Assembly: GCA_002269645.1 (NCBI GenBank)
Contig: NIVC01000200.1
Coordinates: 186,001-250,000, forward strand
Reading direction: 5' to 3'
DNA: 64,000 nucleotides
Origin: Macrostomum lignano
Taxonomy: Eukaryota
In this document: one piece after another, positions 1-16,000 of the stretch
Layout of the letters: the number at the start of each line of letters is the position of its first letter
Position numbering within the stretch: position 1 is the stretch's first letter
Made by a program: the position numbers and the translations under genes
The notes under the pieces: model-generated
Told to the model about the DNA's origin: nothing
Seen by the model: only the letters and a program-made list of their open reading frames with translations
The model's database searches: none

Positions 1-107
1 TGAGGAGAGTCCAGTCTGGAATGTTATTGTTAGCGATCTTCAGTTAGTCTTGATCCAGCTGAGTTCTGACTGCGTCTATACATGAGCTATTAGTATGTCT
101 ATACAAG

Positions 108-850
108 ATCTACTTATTGTATCTAAACAAGATCTCATCAGTGGATCGATGCCAGATTTATAAATGAAATGAATTTATATAATATCTGGGTCTATACAAG
201 ATCTATCGTTATATCTATACAAGATCTCATCAGTGTATCTATACAAGATCTATCTTTATATCTATACAAGATCTCATCAGTGTATCTATACAAGATCTAT
301 CGTTATATCTATACAAGATCTCATCAGTGCATCTATACAAGATCTATCGTTATATCTATACAAGATCTATCTTTATATCTATACAAGATCTCATCAGTGC
401 ATCTATACAAGATCTATCGTTATATCTATACAAGATCTCATCAGTGTATCTATACAAGATCTATCAGTGTATCTATACAAGATCTAACAGTGTATCTATA
501 CAAGATCTATCAGTGTATCTATACAAGATCTATCAGTGTATCTATACAAGATCTATCAGTGTATCTATACAAGATCTCATCAGTGTATCTATACAAGATC
601 TAACAGTGTATCTATACAAGATCTCATCAGTGTATCTATACAAGATCTATCAGTGTATCTATACAAGATCTATCGTTATATCTATACAAGATCTCATCAG
701 TGTATCTATACAAGATCTATCAGTGTATCTATACAAGATCTATCAGTGTATCTATACAAGATCTATCGTTATATCTATACAAGATCTCATCAGTGTATCT
801 ATACAAGATCTATCAGTGTATCTATACAAGATCTATCAGTGTCAGATCTA
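108..850. repeat. 23-24 bp minisatellite (TATCTATACAAGATCT[C]ATCAGTG and variants) in the EF-Ts intron
   Basis: Tandem units read directly; explains the spurious ORFs at 169-945. Confidence 0.9.
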
Positions 851-915
851 TCCAAGACCCAACAGTCTCTATCTCAATCTGTGAAATCAAAAATCAATCA
901 ACCAATCACATTCAC

Positions 916-1351
916 CTAGCCGGATTCCTGCCAACAATGTGCTGACAGATCTGATAGGCCAGCTGCTCACTGCCACCGCTATAGGCCACCGCAGCGGCGT
1001 AGCGACCGAACTGACAGGAGCCGGTCTCAGACTGCTGCAGCGGATGAGCATCGGGCTCGCCCTGCCACGGCGAGTGGCAGTACAGAGCCAGACTGTCTGG
1101 CTGGGCATTGAACACCAGCGCCCGGCCGCAGATGATGTTCTCACCGACGCTGCCGACCAAGCTGGCGACAGAGTCAGCGAGGGAGCTGTCACCGAGTTTC
1201 AAGCCCAGCAGCCGGTCCTGGGGCACCAGAGTGACCCCTTGCGGCGCCGAGGCGATGAAGTTATCAGCCAGACTGTTGCACGCCTCCGATAGTAGGGTCT
1301 GGGGATAGATTAGATAGATACATAAGATTAGATAGATAGATAAATAAATAG

Positions 1352-1395
<44 letters not shown>

Positions 1396-1422
1396 AAGTC
1401 AGACAGACAGACAGACAGACGA

Positions 1423-1476
<54 letters not shown>

Positions 1477-1478
1477 GA

Positions 1479-1514
<36 letters not shown>

Positions 1515-1926
1515 GTACCAACCTGAAACCGTGCATTCCTAGCAACAAAGTCGGTCTCGCAGCGCAGCTCTAACAATGACAGACAGTTAGGCGAGGCAAC
1601 GCGCTGCACAATGCCTAGCAGACCCTGGAATCGGTCGGTAGTTGATAAACATAGAAAGGCAAACATAGACGAACAAAACCCAAATTGCAACAAGCCAGCC
1701 AAGTTGTCACCTGTCTCGCAGTTCTATCTATCAATTTCTCAGCTTTCGCCCAGCCCTCAGCTTGGGCCCGTTCATCTAGCCAGGCTTTGGCCTCGGACAC
1801 GTCGCCATTGCAGCGAGACAGAGCCTGTCGACAGGCAAGCATAGGGTAGCCAGTTGTCTGTCTGAGCTGCATCAGTGCCTGCTTAGAAACGCTGGAACAC
1901 ATGGCTAGAATCTGCGACAGCCTCAT
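916..1926 (-). CDS. TSFM: Mitochondrial elongation factor Ts, exons 1926-1711, 1624-1523, 1298-916; remaining C-terminal exon(s) not found in the window
   Basis: Spliced translation gives LMQLRQTTGYPMLACRQAL (UBA-like domain), AQAEGWAKAEKL, RQ|GLLGIV, LELRCETDFVARN, VGENI and ICQHIVGRNP. All junctions are GT-AG with compatible phases (0, 0, then 2). Confidence 0.92.
1303..1512. repeat. (GATA)n/(GACA)n microsatellite in EF-Ts intron 2
   Basis: Direct reading. Confidence 0.9.
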
Positions 1927-2424
1927 GTTGTGTTAATTCTGAAATTTACTGTTTTTGTTAAAAAAAAAGTGATAAATTTGTTATTAATTTATTGAATTTT
2001 GGACTCTTAATATCTGAATGTGGATATTGATTAGATACTAAATTTTTAGAATAGATTAAATGATGACTCTTGGATAGATTGAATACTACATCTTAGATAA
2101 AATTAATGATAGATCTTGGATAGATTGAATGATAGATCTTTGAAATATTGAATGTTTTTTTTTATTAGAGGCAGGGGGGTTGTGTGCACCCTGGCGCACT
2201 TTAGGCGACATAGGCACACAACCGGCAAGAGGCATTACTGCCCATTCCGCCGACTCCCCTGAGCAGGCATACAAGCGCGCGGATACGTACGCAGGCACAC
2301 ACTCACACAGGAGTGTACAGCGGCCCTAACTTTATTTTATCGTTAGGCATGTACATTTCACTGCGCCTTGGGGGGTTGGCTCTCAAGGCCGTTAATTGCA
2401 CAGGCGAGCCAAGCCGAAATTCCA

Positions 2425-2510
2425 ATTCAGCCCCAAATTAATATGACTGCACTTGGAATCGAGCCTGGGTCGCTGGCACACCAGAGCAGCTGCGCTACTG
2501 CTGGGCTATG
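2425..2510 (-). mobile_element. Degenerate tRNA-derived (SINE-head-like) relic
   Basis: Minus strand has A-box-like TAGCCCAGCAG and B-box-like GGCTCGATTCC at tRNA-like spacing; no intact cloverleaf. Confidence 0.35.
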
Positions 2511-3864
2511 GCCCCCAATATTGAATGTTAGATTTGGGATATATTATTGATAGATATTGGTTAGATGTGATGATAGATTTTATATTGAATAATCTTGGAT
2601 AAATTTAATATATCTTGGATGCATTGAATGATAGCTTTTAGCTTAAATGATAAATCTTAAAAGGATTGAATGATAGATTGAATGTTAGCTCTTGAATAGA
2701 TTAAATGATAGATATTGGTTAGATTTTGTGATGGATCTTAAACTAAATGATAAGATTTTGCATAGAATAAAAAGTAGATCATTGATATGTTAAAATATCA
2801 ATTTGGAATAGATGGAAAAGCAAGAGATCTAAAAAAAGAACTTGAGCTTAAATTATTGAAAAAATTAACAAATTTAAAGGCCAGTTAAACTTCTATATAA
2901 GTTTATGATTCAGTTTTATTTCAAAAGTTTATTGATAATCATTAAATAGAATGAAAAACAACAGAGGCAATACAAATGAAAATACAAACTATAGTTTTAT
3001 TTATTTAACAAACATTGAAAAAGTATATGCTACAAAGCTGAAGCTTGTATTACAAAATTATAAGTATAGAATGAATCACAAAACTATTCCAGCAAAATCA
3101 TCAACGAAGAATCATTAACAAGCAAATTTATTAAGTAATTGATAATTGTAGGATTATAATTACAAGTCCAAGACAACATAGTGAAGAAATACTTTTTAAC
3201 ATTTCAATTAACAAATATTTTTACTTTTTGTTCAAATATGACAAATAATAAAACTTTTATTAATGAATATAAAACTGATTCTTGATTTTAAAAATTTATA
3301 GGAACATTTATGTTTATTTACTAAGTTAATTACTAAGACTATTCTTAAAATATTTTTTTATATTTCTAATTATGAATAATTATTATTAGGTTTTACCATT
3401 TTAAGAGACCATTTGTTTAAGTAAGAACAAACTTAAAGTTAAAGGTCTAAGAAAGAAGCATGTTATTTTACTTAATGCTATTTTATTATATATTTTATTT
3501 AATGATTTGGCATTGCATAATAGAATTATAATATTTTAATAGGACATCTAGATATTATTATTATCTTAGACTTATTTAGGCCTAACAACTATTCTTATTA
3601 AGCTACTTATTATGTCTTTATTATTATTTATCATTCATCCTTATTTATTGAAATTTGTTAAACTCTTGATAAGGATAAAGACACAAAAACATTTATTAAA
3701 AATTAAAATTACAATTACATTGAAACTTATAATTTTCAATTGAGACAAAAACTGACAATATAGTCTCTGACCAATTCATTAAGGAGAAAAGAGGAGCCAA
3801 AAATTGTATGATTATGGCTGTAGTGTAGATATTAAACCTGACATCAGTCTGTCACTTGCTTAAG

Positions 3865-4350
3865 TTAAAACAAGCAAAATGAAAATATAGCACACACAAA
3901 TACAAGTGCCAATGAAACAGCAGACTGCCTTTGTGCAAAGTTGCAACCATTCCAATCGTTGCAAAAGCAATATTTTTTATATTCGTCGACATCTTCATTA
4001 ATTTTTGTGTTGGGTCGTTTGTCCAGTGTAGCCTGAAACGTTTTTGAGTATATGCAGTAACCATGACGGCGAATCATAGGCATTTCGGTCCTGTGCGCAG
4101 TAGACTCCAGAAAGCTATCAAGACATCCACGGGTAATGTATTTTTGGCCGCCAATGCTCTCGATATACTTCACGCAGTAGTTTACAGCAAGCTTTGAATT
4201 GTCGCACTTTTTCCAGTGCTGTAGGCGTATGTCGAGCGACTCTCCACACCCCGACCTTCCACTGTGGCATCGATAGCACCAGGTCTCACCAGCATGACTA
4301 AAACTAAATAAGAAAATAGTCAAAATACCGAAAACAATAACTGCTTTCAT
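3865..4350 (-). CDS. Intronless Ly6/uPAR (three-finger, quiver/CD59-like) secreted, probably GPI-anchored protein, 161 aa
   Basis: Signal peptide MKAVIVFGILTIFLFSFSHAG; CYRC near the N-terminus; CVK, TRGC and terminal CFCNDWNGCN motifs; hydrophobic C-terminal tail. Confidence 0.85.
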   Translation of the reverse strand: MKAVIVFGILTIFLFSFSHAGETWCYRCHSGRSGCGESLDIRLQHWKKCDNSKLAVNYCVKYIESIGGQKYITRGCLDSFLESTAHRTEMPMIRRHGYCIYSKTFQATLDKRPNTKINEDVDEYKKYCFCNDWNGCNFAQRQSAVSLALVFVCAIFSFCLF

Positions 4351-4789
4351 TTTAGCGTTTATCGAACAGCTGCAGCGTAGTGGGCTTATCAAACGTTTTA
4401 TTTCGGAGAATAGTGGAAATTTCCTCAAATTTAAAAAAACTTTAAATCTATTTAATTCAGCTCTTATTTATGCCCATGATTATAAAACAACTCACACGAT
4501 GCATCAAATTAAAAATGACTGATAGTTTTTGTATAAAGAATAAAACTACGGTAAATTCTTTGTTTTACGTTAATAAACTCAAGGCTAATATTCCGTGAGA
4601 ATAACTGAAAAAATAAGTTTCTAGTGTCAAAGAAAAAAGAATTACATGTTTCTGTCGTGACGCTATATGTTACTATAAATTTTTACGCTTGTATTAATAG
4701 TACAGTAGTAGTAATTATAAACATAATGTTTAATAATGTAATGTAGTCTCCATTCTGGAAACTTCTGCGCTCACCCTATATACCACGCA

Positions 4790-5700
4790 ACACCGCCAAC
4801 AACAAAACTACAGCAACCCTGGGCAAGCCAATTAAGTTGGGTTGCTGTCAAAACGCGCGCGCAAGCGCAGATTTGCGCAGAATAGCGAATCCGCGGGGGT
4901 CGGAGATCAGCGTCTCTTAAAAGCAGGTCGACAAAAAAACGCGCAAACTTATAATCTCGCCTGAACCAAGCCGCCGCGGACCTTGAAGGGATAGCAGCAG
5001 CAAGTCTTGAAGCGGCTCAGGGCAGTACTGCTCTGCCCGGATGACGTGGCCGGCCAGCTGTAGGCGACGGATGCGCAGCAGCTGGCTAGGTCGGGAGAGC
5101 TGGGCCCGTCGGTATAACTCGTCATTGCTGGTGTTGGTGGCGGTCAGCGAGTAGTGGACACCGAAGGCGGCTCTCAGGAGTCCAGCGTGAGCGGCGTCTA
5201 GTTGCCGCTCCTGCGGGCCTTTCAGTGTCCACGTTTTAGCGCTGTAAAGAGGACGGTTTCAATGACGGCCTGGAACAGCCGCCCTCTCAGCCGATCCGGC
5301 AGCGCGGGGCTCAGCAGGACAGTCCGCACGGTGCGGAATGTGCCCCAGGCAAGCTCCCTGCGCCGTGCCATGTCCTCCGTGATGCTTGGCACCAAACCGC
5401 CGAGGTAGACGAACTCTTTGCAGCGGGGCAGCAACGCCACCTGCCCGTTCGTGCAGCGGCAGTAGATCTCAGCTGCATGGAGGTCCGTCGGCACGGTCAG
5501 CACCCTATTCTTTTTGGTGTTCACGGACAGTCCGATCGCAGCGGCCGCCGCCGTCAGCTGGTCTAGCAGGCGTTGAGCTCCTTCAGCTGTGCTAGACAGC
5601 AGCGCTAGATCGTCCGTGTACGCTAGGACGGAGAGTCGCTTCTCGGGGTGCCGCCTGCTTGTTCTGCGGCAGAGCAAGAATCCTTCTCTTCCGAGAACGT
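4790..5700 (-). mobile_element. 5'-truncated RTE-type LINE fragment (RT C-terminus)
   Basis: LSVLAYTDDLALL, FVYLGG, LFQAVIETVL and LQLAGHV motifs; homologous to 29469-32640; AAC-rich tail near 4790. Confidence 0.85.
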
Positions 5701-6506
5701 CTTCCGGCCTGATCGAATTTTGCTTCAGTTCATGCAGTTTCTGTTTAGCTCATCATGCACTGCTTTCAGGGGTTTCAAACTTTTTGGGGTGACTTATCAA
5801 TCGGTAGAGGGTGGGTTCGGCCGGGGCATCGATGATCAACTCTATAAAGATCGAGGAAATCGAAATTTAAGCATAAATTTGCCGTGCAAGCCAGGAAATC
5901 ATTTGAATCGCCATTTTAACTTTCGAATACAGATTATACATGTCATTCTCGAAATTATAAACTTCGACTCTCGCATCCTGGGGCTAATTATAAAACACCC
6001 CAGTACCGTAACCAAAAATCTCTCTCTTCTCTCTCTCACTCGCTCAAATTGCTACTTCGCTATAATAATACAAATACACACTTCTCACTGCCGAGGACTC
6101 TGTCCACCTGGTTAACAACACGTAAGCCGCGAGGTCTCCTGTTCGTTTATCTATTACCAGAGAGATACAACAGTTTCTATCATCACGCTAGCATTTATAC
6201 GTTTCGAATCTAATAGCTCGTAAGCACATCTAGATGTACGAGTACTAAGAGACGCCGATATGAACTTATTTGGAGGAAAAAGGACTTTTTACGAACGAAA
6301 TTTCCCATCAGCTTTTTAATTTTGATATTCATGTACATGTATAAATTACTTTCACTGTACGTATAGCGTAGGCTCCAGTATTGCTTCCATTTTTTCAGGG
6401 AAAGTTGAGGCATGCTAACTGCGGAAACCAGGTGCCTTGTGAAAATAAACTGTCTTAAACATGATCAAGGACGACTAAGTAATCTATATATAGTAGTCCT
6501 TGCATA

Positions 6507-6796
6507 ATGTATGCCAAAACCATGCTGACAATGCCCAGGACAGGACATTTCGTCAACCATGCAGCATTTTGCGAAATGCCTCTCGCTGGCGTCGGCCTGC
6601 TCTGCCGAAAGGGCTTCAGAACGGTAAGCTGACGGATTTGACTGCATTCACCATACTTGAGCATTCCTTGACGAAAAGCCGGTTAATTGACGCAATGTCC
6701 GTTTACCTTCAGGCCAACATGAGCCCATATGATGCATGTCTGTGGCGCCAACTTCCAGTACAGTTACTACGTAGCTTTTGGCGCCCCTTTCTCTAA
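6507..6796 (+). CDS. Possible small two-exon ORF (6507-6623 joined to 6713-6796, 66 aa), unknown product; may be the 3' exons of a longer gene
   Basis: Strong donor ACG|GTAAGC and acceptor TTTACCTTCAG| give an open frame; AATAAA near 6995. No recognisable homology. Confidence 0.22.
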
Positions 6797-7147
6797 TCTA
6801 CTCTGATGTAATATATAAAAATATCCGCCCCCCCCCCCTGGCAATATGCAGCCCCGAATGAAAAATCCTGACAATACGATCTACATACATGTATCACTTT
6901 AAATTAGAATTTTCAATATTATTTGTAAACGCGAGACTTAAAAATGTTTTTCTTACAGAATATTTTGTTTGAGATTTTTTCGTCTTTATATTTCGCAATA
7001 AAACAAAACAAAACTTTACCCCGTCCTGTATCAAGCGGAAAATGAAGTTCGAGATTTTTTATTTGACTGAACAATGGAATGGAATATTTTGCGAATACAT
7101 GGACGCGTACGATGTAATGTAGGTAAGAAAATTAAGGTAGTCGCAGT

Positions 7148-9702
<2,555 letters not shown>

Positions 9703-10177
9703 ACTTCTCTTGTTGAATAATTTCCTTTAAATAAAGTACTTCTTGAACTGACTATTACTGAATTGGATTCAGAAAAATGCGCTAGCGTTCTGCTTTAAGG
9801 CCGAAACTTGCTGCTCAAAAACGTTGAGTTAAAAGTTGACAAGAGGTGATTCAAATGGTCTTTACAGCACGGATTCAACCCATAGACGATTCATTTTACG
9901 CTTATTTGAACTTTTGAATGGCACCAAGGAAGAGCGTCTGTCTTCGTATACCGTAAAACTTTCATTTTTAAATGCTTAATATTGCCAGCAATCCTTACAT
10001 TCGATATTTGATATTGACTGATTAATACCTATATAGGTTTTATTTTAGGTGCTCTTTCATATACCATATTTTTACAAAACTCGTACTTATACATCTAAAT
10101 GCATGTCTTATCCTCTTGAATTATTATTAAATACTTGACTTATACTAGCTAAACAGGCTTTTTGCCTGAGCCAAACT

Positions 10178-10939
<762 letters not shown>

Positions 10940-11164
10940 ACAATTTAGCCGCGCAATTTTCGTCTGTACGGGTCAATCAACAAGTCAAAGGCCACTGTAC
11001 ATACTGTACATCATCAGTAGACGAACTCTGACATTGCTATCTAAAACTTTCTATAACTAATAAAGACATTAAAGAAAAGAACGGCTGTAGATCACCCTAT
11101 ACGTGTGCTCGCACAACTGTAATTATTACTAAATAAACTAATATATTTAAAGATTCAGTTTAAT

Positions 11165-11900
11165 ACTAGCAATCAGCGCCCCCCGTTGGGGAGCCAAAAA
11201 AATGCAGTACGAGTTTTTTTAATAAACTACATGTAAGCGTCTCTTTGCATTATACATTGTAAGCCTTGACATGTCAGAAAATCCCCCCACAAGCCTTAGC
11301 ATATCAACCCCCTTGACATCTTAGCAATGCCCCATAAGCCTTGAAATCTTAAAAAATCTGTCAACCTTCTAACCCTAACCCTAGCCCTAACCCTAACCCC
11401 AAACTTAACCCTAACCCTAACCCTAAAGCACTGAAATTTCAATAATTCTCTCTAAGAGTCATTATAGCACTACAGCACTATAGCGATTCCCTGCAAGCCT
11501 CGACATCGTAGGGATTCCCAAATGAATCTCTTAACTTCGACATGAAGCTTCTTTTAGTTTTTACATTACGCTTTTCTATCAGCGATCCCTCCCGTGAGGA
11601 GCCAACAAATAATGAAAAAAAGTTTTCAATAGACTACATGTAGCTTCTGACATTAGCCTTGACATCTCATTTATTCCCCCATGAGCCTTGACATCTCAGC
11701 TATCCCCCCCGTAAGCCTTTGACATGTCAGCAATGCCCCCCATAAACCTTGATATCTGAAAAATCCCCTGTTAACCTTGAAACCCGCTAAAATCTAACCC
11801 TCAACCTAAACCTGACCTAAACCTAACTTTAACCCAACCTATAAAAGCCTTGAAATCTCAGCAATTCTTCTCCCCTAAGCCTTGACAATTTAGTGATTCT
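11165..11900. repeat. Insertion with two internally duplicated blocks containing (TAACCC)n telomere-like runs; absent from the paralogous segment
   Basis: CTAACCCTAACCCTAGCCCTAACCC at about 11370-11425 and a degenerate run at about 11795-11840; recurring AAGCCTTGACATC units; flanks align to 24030-24130 without it. Confidence 0.6.
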
Positions 11901-12042
11901 AAACATTACGACACTTTAGCCACACTTTAGTTGGCATTAGTCTGTAGGGTGTCAGCTTGTAAATAAAAAACTGCTTTCAGTAGCATAAAATTGTTTCACA
12001 AAGTTTGATTAAAAACACTTTGATGTCTGCTTCACTTTGCTT

Positions 12043-12258
12043 TCACTTCTTGCCGGAGTTGCTCCGGCGGCGGCCCCACTTGGCAACAGGTTGATCTTCT
12101 TCATCGTATCCTTCAGCTTCCAGCGGCTCGTCAAGACTTTCGCCGCCGATGTCGTCAAGCGACTCGGGCTCCTCCACCTGATCCCACTGATTGCTGGCTG
12201 CCAGCTGGGACACGAGGAACAGGGTCAGCAGCAGAGCGATGCCAAGTTGCATCTTCAT
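12043..12258 (-). CDS. Small secreted prepropeptide, copy 1 (71 aa): signal peptide, acidic spacer, C-terminal WGRRRSNS-GKK
   Basis: Hydrophobic signal sequence; D/E-rich middle; basic tail ending Gly-Lys-Lys-stop; intact paralog at 24243-24461. Confidence 0.8.
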   Translation of the reverse strand: MKMQLGIALLLTLFLVSQLAASNQWDQVEEPESLDDIGGESLDEPLEAEGYDEEDQPVAKWGRRRSNSGKK

Positions 12259-12350
12259 GGTTCAGCTGTGTTTGGTTTTGAAAGGCTTGAATGAATTTTA
12301 AACTTTCCTATTGCAATAATTGAGACAGAGAGGCCGCGCTGCTTCGGGTC

Positions 12351-12370
12351 AGCTGCTTTTAAAAGCAGCT
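12351..12370. promoter_or_regulatory. Perfect 20 bp palindrome AGCTGCTTTTAAAAGCAGCT with a TATA-like core, upstream of peptide gene copy 1
   Basis: About 95-110 nt upstream of the ATG; identical in copy 2 (24543-24562). Confidence 0.5.
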
Positions 12371-13072
12371 CTAAAACGTGCCAGGGCGCTGTGGGTGCAC
12401 GTTTTCAATGCAATGCTTTGCGTGGCTCAGACTGCGTGCTGCCTTGCCTAGGCTAACCTTAGTTTGTGCTCCATGAATCTCTTCATCTCTCACTGCTTGC
12501 CATAGAGGCTGGACAATGCAGCTACTTGATTAAGATACTGCACGTGCCAGTCTAACAAGATGGGAGCCGCACACGGCCCACTCGTGGCTCAAAATGAATT
12601 AAACTTGCCTGTTACTCAACCTGCATCTTATATTGCGAATAATTCTCCAAACTCTTAAAGCACTCGTCGTCTATAGATGCATTCATAAATTTAGGACTCT
12701 CACTATACTCGCGTGACTGGCTGACAACGTATTTTGTTGTTGTTGATATAGGATTGTCGCAAGCCCAGGGCACCCGCCATTTGCTCGGGGCAGATTTAAC
12801 AAAATTGCTTCGTTTGTAAAGGAGTAAGCACTGCACAGTCCTTATACAGTCCACCACAATATAACTGCAGAAATTTCTCTGTCACACATTTACTCCCGAA
12901 ACTAGCATAACTCTAACCGCACTCTAACCTAAACCTGAGATGAGATAAGAGGAGAGAAGAGATAAGAGGAGAGAGGAGAGGAGAGGAAAGGAAAGAGAAA
13001 AGATCAGAGTAGAGGAGAGAAAAGATAGAAGACAAGAGAGAGGAGAGAACTTAGAATAGACACAAACCTTTA

Positions 13073-16000
13073 GCGGGCCGGATTGCTATTGTGAAGTTTC
13101 AAAGGACCCGAGGGCCGGATTGCTATTGTGAAGTTTCAAAGGACCCGAGGGCCGGATTGCTATTGTGAAGTTTCAAAGGACCCGAGGGCCGGATTGCTAT
13201 TGTGAAGTTTCAAAGGACCCGAAGGCCGGATTGTTATTGTGAAGTTTCAAAGGACCCGAGGGCCGGATTGCTATTGTGAAGTTTCAAAGGACCCGAGGGC
13301 CGGGTTGCTATTGTGAAGTTTCAAAGGACCCGAGGGCCGGGTTGCTATTGTGAAGTTTCAAAGAACCCGAGGGCCGGGTTGCTATTGTGAAGTTTCAAAG
13401 GACCCGAGGGCCGGGTTGCTATTGTGAAGTTTCAAAGAACCCGAGGGCCGGGTTGCTATTGTGAAGTTTCAAAGGACCCGAGGGCCGGGTTGCTATTGTG
13501 AAGTTTCAAAGAACCCGAGGGCCGGGTTGCTATTGTGAAGTTTCAAAGGACCCGAGGGCCGGATTGCTATTGTGAAGTTTCAAAGAACCCGAGGGCCGGG
13601 TTGCTATTGTGAAGTTTCAAAGGACCCGAGGGCCGGGTTGCTATTGTGAAGTTTCAAAGAACCCGAGGGCCGGGTTGCTATTGTGAAGTTTCAAAGGACC
13701 CGAGGGCCGGGTTGCTATTGTGAAGTTTCAAAGGACCCGAGGGCCGGATTGCTATTGTGAAGTTTCAAAGGACCCGAGGGCCGGGTTGCTATTGTGAATT
13801 TTCAAAGGACCCGAGGGCCGGATTGCTATTGTGAAGTTTCAAAGGACCCGAGGGCCGGGTTGCTATTGTGAAGTTTCAAAGGACCCGAGGGCCGGGTTGC
13901 TATTGTGAAGTTTCAAAGGACCCGAGGGCCGGGTTGCTATTGTGAAGTTTCAAAGGACCCGAGGGCCGGGTTGCTATTGTGAAGTTTCAAAGGACCCGAG
14001 GGCCGGGTTGCTATTGTGAAGTTTCAAAGGACCCGAGGGCCGGGTTGCTATTGTGAAGTTTCAAAGGACCCGAGGGCCGGGTTGCTATTGTGAAGTTTCA
14101 AAGAACCCGAGGGCCGGGTTGCTATTGTGAATTTTCAAAGGACCCGAGGGCCGGATTGCTATTGTGAAGTTTCAAAGCACCCGAGGGCCGGGTTGCTATT
14201 GTGAAGTTTCAAAGGACCCGAGGGCCGGGTTGCTATTGTGAAGTTTCAAAGAACCCGAGGGCCGGGTTGCTATTGTGAAGTTTCAAAGGACCCGAGGGCC
14301 GGGTTGCTATTGTGAAGTTTCAAAGGACCCGAGGGCCGGGTTGCTATTGTGAAGTTTCAAAGAACCCGAGGGCCGGGTTGCTATTGTGAAGTTTCAAAGG
14401 ACCCGAGGGCCGGGTTGCTATTGTGAAGTTTCAAAGGACCCGAGGGCCGGGTTGCTATTGTGAAGTTTCAAAGGACCCGAGGGCCGGGTTGCTATTGTGA
14501 ATTTTCAAAGGACCCGAGGGCCGGATTGCTATTGTGAAGTTTCAAAGCACCCGAGGGCCGGGTTGCTATTGTGAAGTTTCAAAGGACCCGAGGGCCGGGT
14601 TGCTATTGTGAAGTTTCAAAGAACCCGAGGGCCGGGTTGCTATTGTGAAGTTTCAAAGGACCCGAGGGCCGGGTTGCTATTGTGAAGTTTCAAAGGACCC
14701 GAGGGCCGGATTGCTATTGTGAAGTTTCAAAGGACCCGAGGGCCGGATTGCTATTGTGAAGTTTCAAAGAACCCGAGGGCCGGGTTGCTATTGTGAAGTT
14801 TCAAAGGACCCGAGGGCCGGGTTGCTATTGTGAAGTTTCAAAGGACCCGAGGGCCGGGTTGCTATTGTGAAGTTTCAAAGGACCCGAGGGCCGGATTGCT
14901 ATTGTGAAGTTTCAAAGGACCCGAGGGCCGGGTTGCTATTGTGAAGTTTCAAAGGACCCGAGGGCCGGATTGCTATTGTGAAGTTTCAAAGAACCCGAGG
15001 GCCGGGTTGCTATTGTGAAGTTTCAAAGGACCCGAGGGCCGGATTGCTATTGTGAAGTTTCAAAGGACCCGAGGGCCGGGTTGCTATTGTGAAGTTTCAA
15101 AGGACCCGAGGGCCGGGTTGCTATTGTGAAGTTTCAAAGGACCCGAGGGCCGGGTTGCTATTGTGAAGTTTCAAAGGACCCGAGGGCCGGATTGCTATTG
15201 TGAAGTTTCAAAGGACCCGAGGGCCGGGTTGCTATTGTGAAGTTTCAAAGGACCCGAGGGCCGGATTGCTATTGTGAAGTTTCAAAGGACCCGAGGGCCG
15301 GGTTGCTACTGTGAAGTTTCAAAGGACCCGAGGGCCGGATTGCTATTGTGAAGTTTCAAAGAACCCGAGGGCCGGGTTGCTATTGTGAAGTTTCAAAGGA
15401 CCCGAGGGCCGGATTGCTATTGTGAAGTTTCAAAGGACCCGAGGGCCGGGTTGCTATTGTGAAGTTTCAAAGGACCCGAGGGCCGGGTTGCTATTGTGAA
15501 GTTTCAAAGGACCCGAGGGCCGGATTGCTATTGTGAAGTTTCAAAGCACCCGAGGGCCGGGTTGCTATTGTGAAGTTTCAAAGAACCCGAGGGCCGGGTT
15601 GCTATTGTGAAGTTTCAAAGGACCCGAGGGCCGGATTGCTATTGTGAAGTTTCAAAGAACCCGAGGGCCGGGTTGCTATTGTGAAGTTTCAAAGGACCCG
15701 AGGGCCGGATTGCTATTGTGAAGTTTCAAAGGACCCGAGGGCCGGGTTGCTATTGTGAATTTTCAAAGGACCCGAGGGCCGGATTGCTATTGTGAAGTTT
15801 CAAAGGACCCGAGGGCCGGGTTGCTATTGTGAAGTTTCAAAGGACCCGAGGGCCGGGTTGCTATTGTGAAGTTTCAAAGGACCCGAGGGCCGGGTTGCTA
15901 TTGTGAATTTTCAAAGGACCCGAGGGCCGGATTGCTATTGTGAAGTTTCAAAGCACCCGAGGGCCGGGTTGCTATTGTGAAGTTTCAAAGGACCCGAGGG

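Noticed and set aside
1-100. Terminal EF-Ts exon
   Set aside because: All minus-strand frames hit stops with no EF-Ts similarity; the exon probably lies outside the window.
6088-6105. Fourth hammerhead (CTGCCGA-GGAC-TCT-GTCC)
   Set aside because: The core A6 is mutated, and GAAA and stem III are absent; at best a relic or chance match.
12037-12294. Plus-strand ORFs antisense to the peptide genes (also 24237-24497)
   Set aside because: Shadow ORFs; the minus strand has the coherent precursor architecture.
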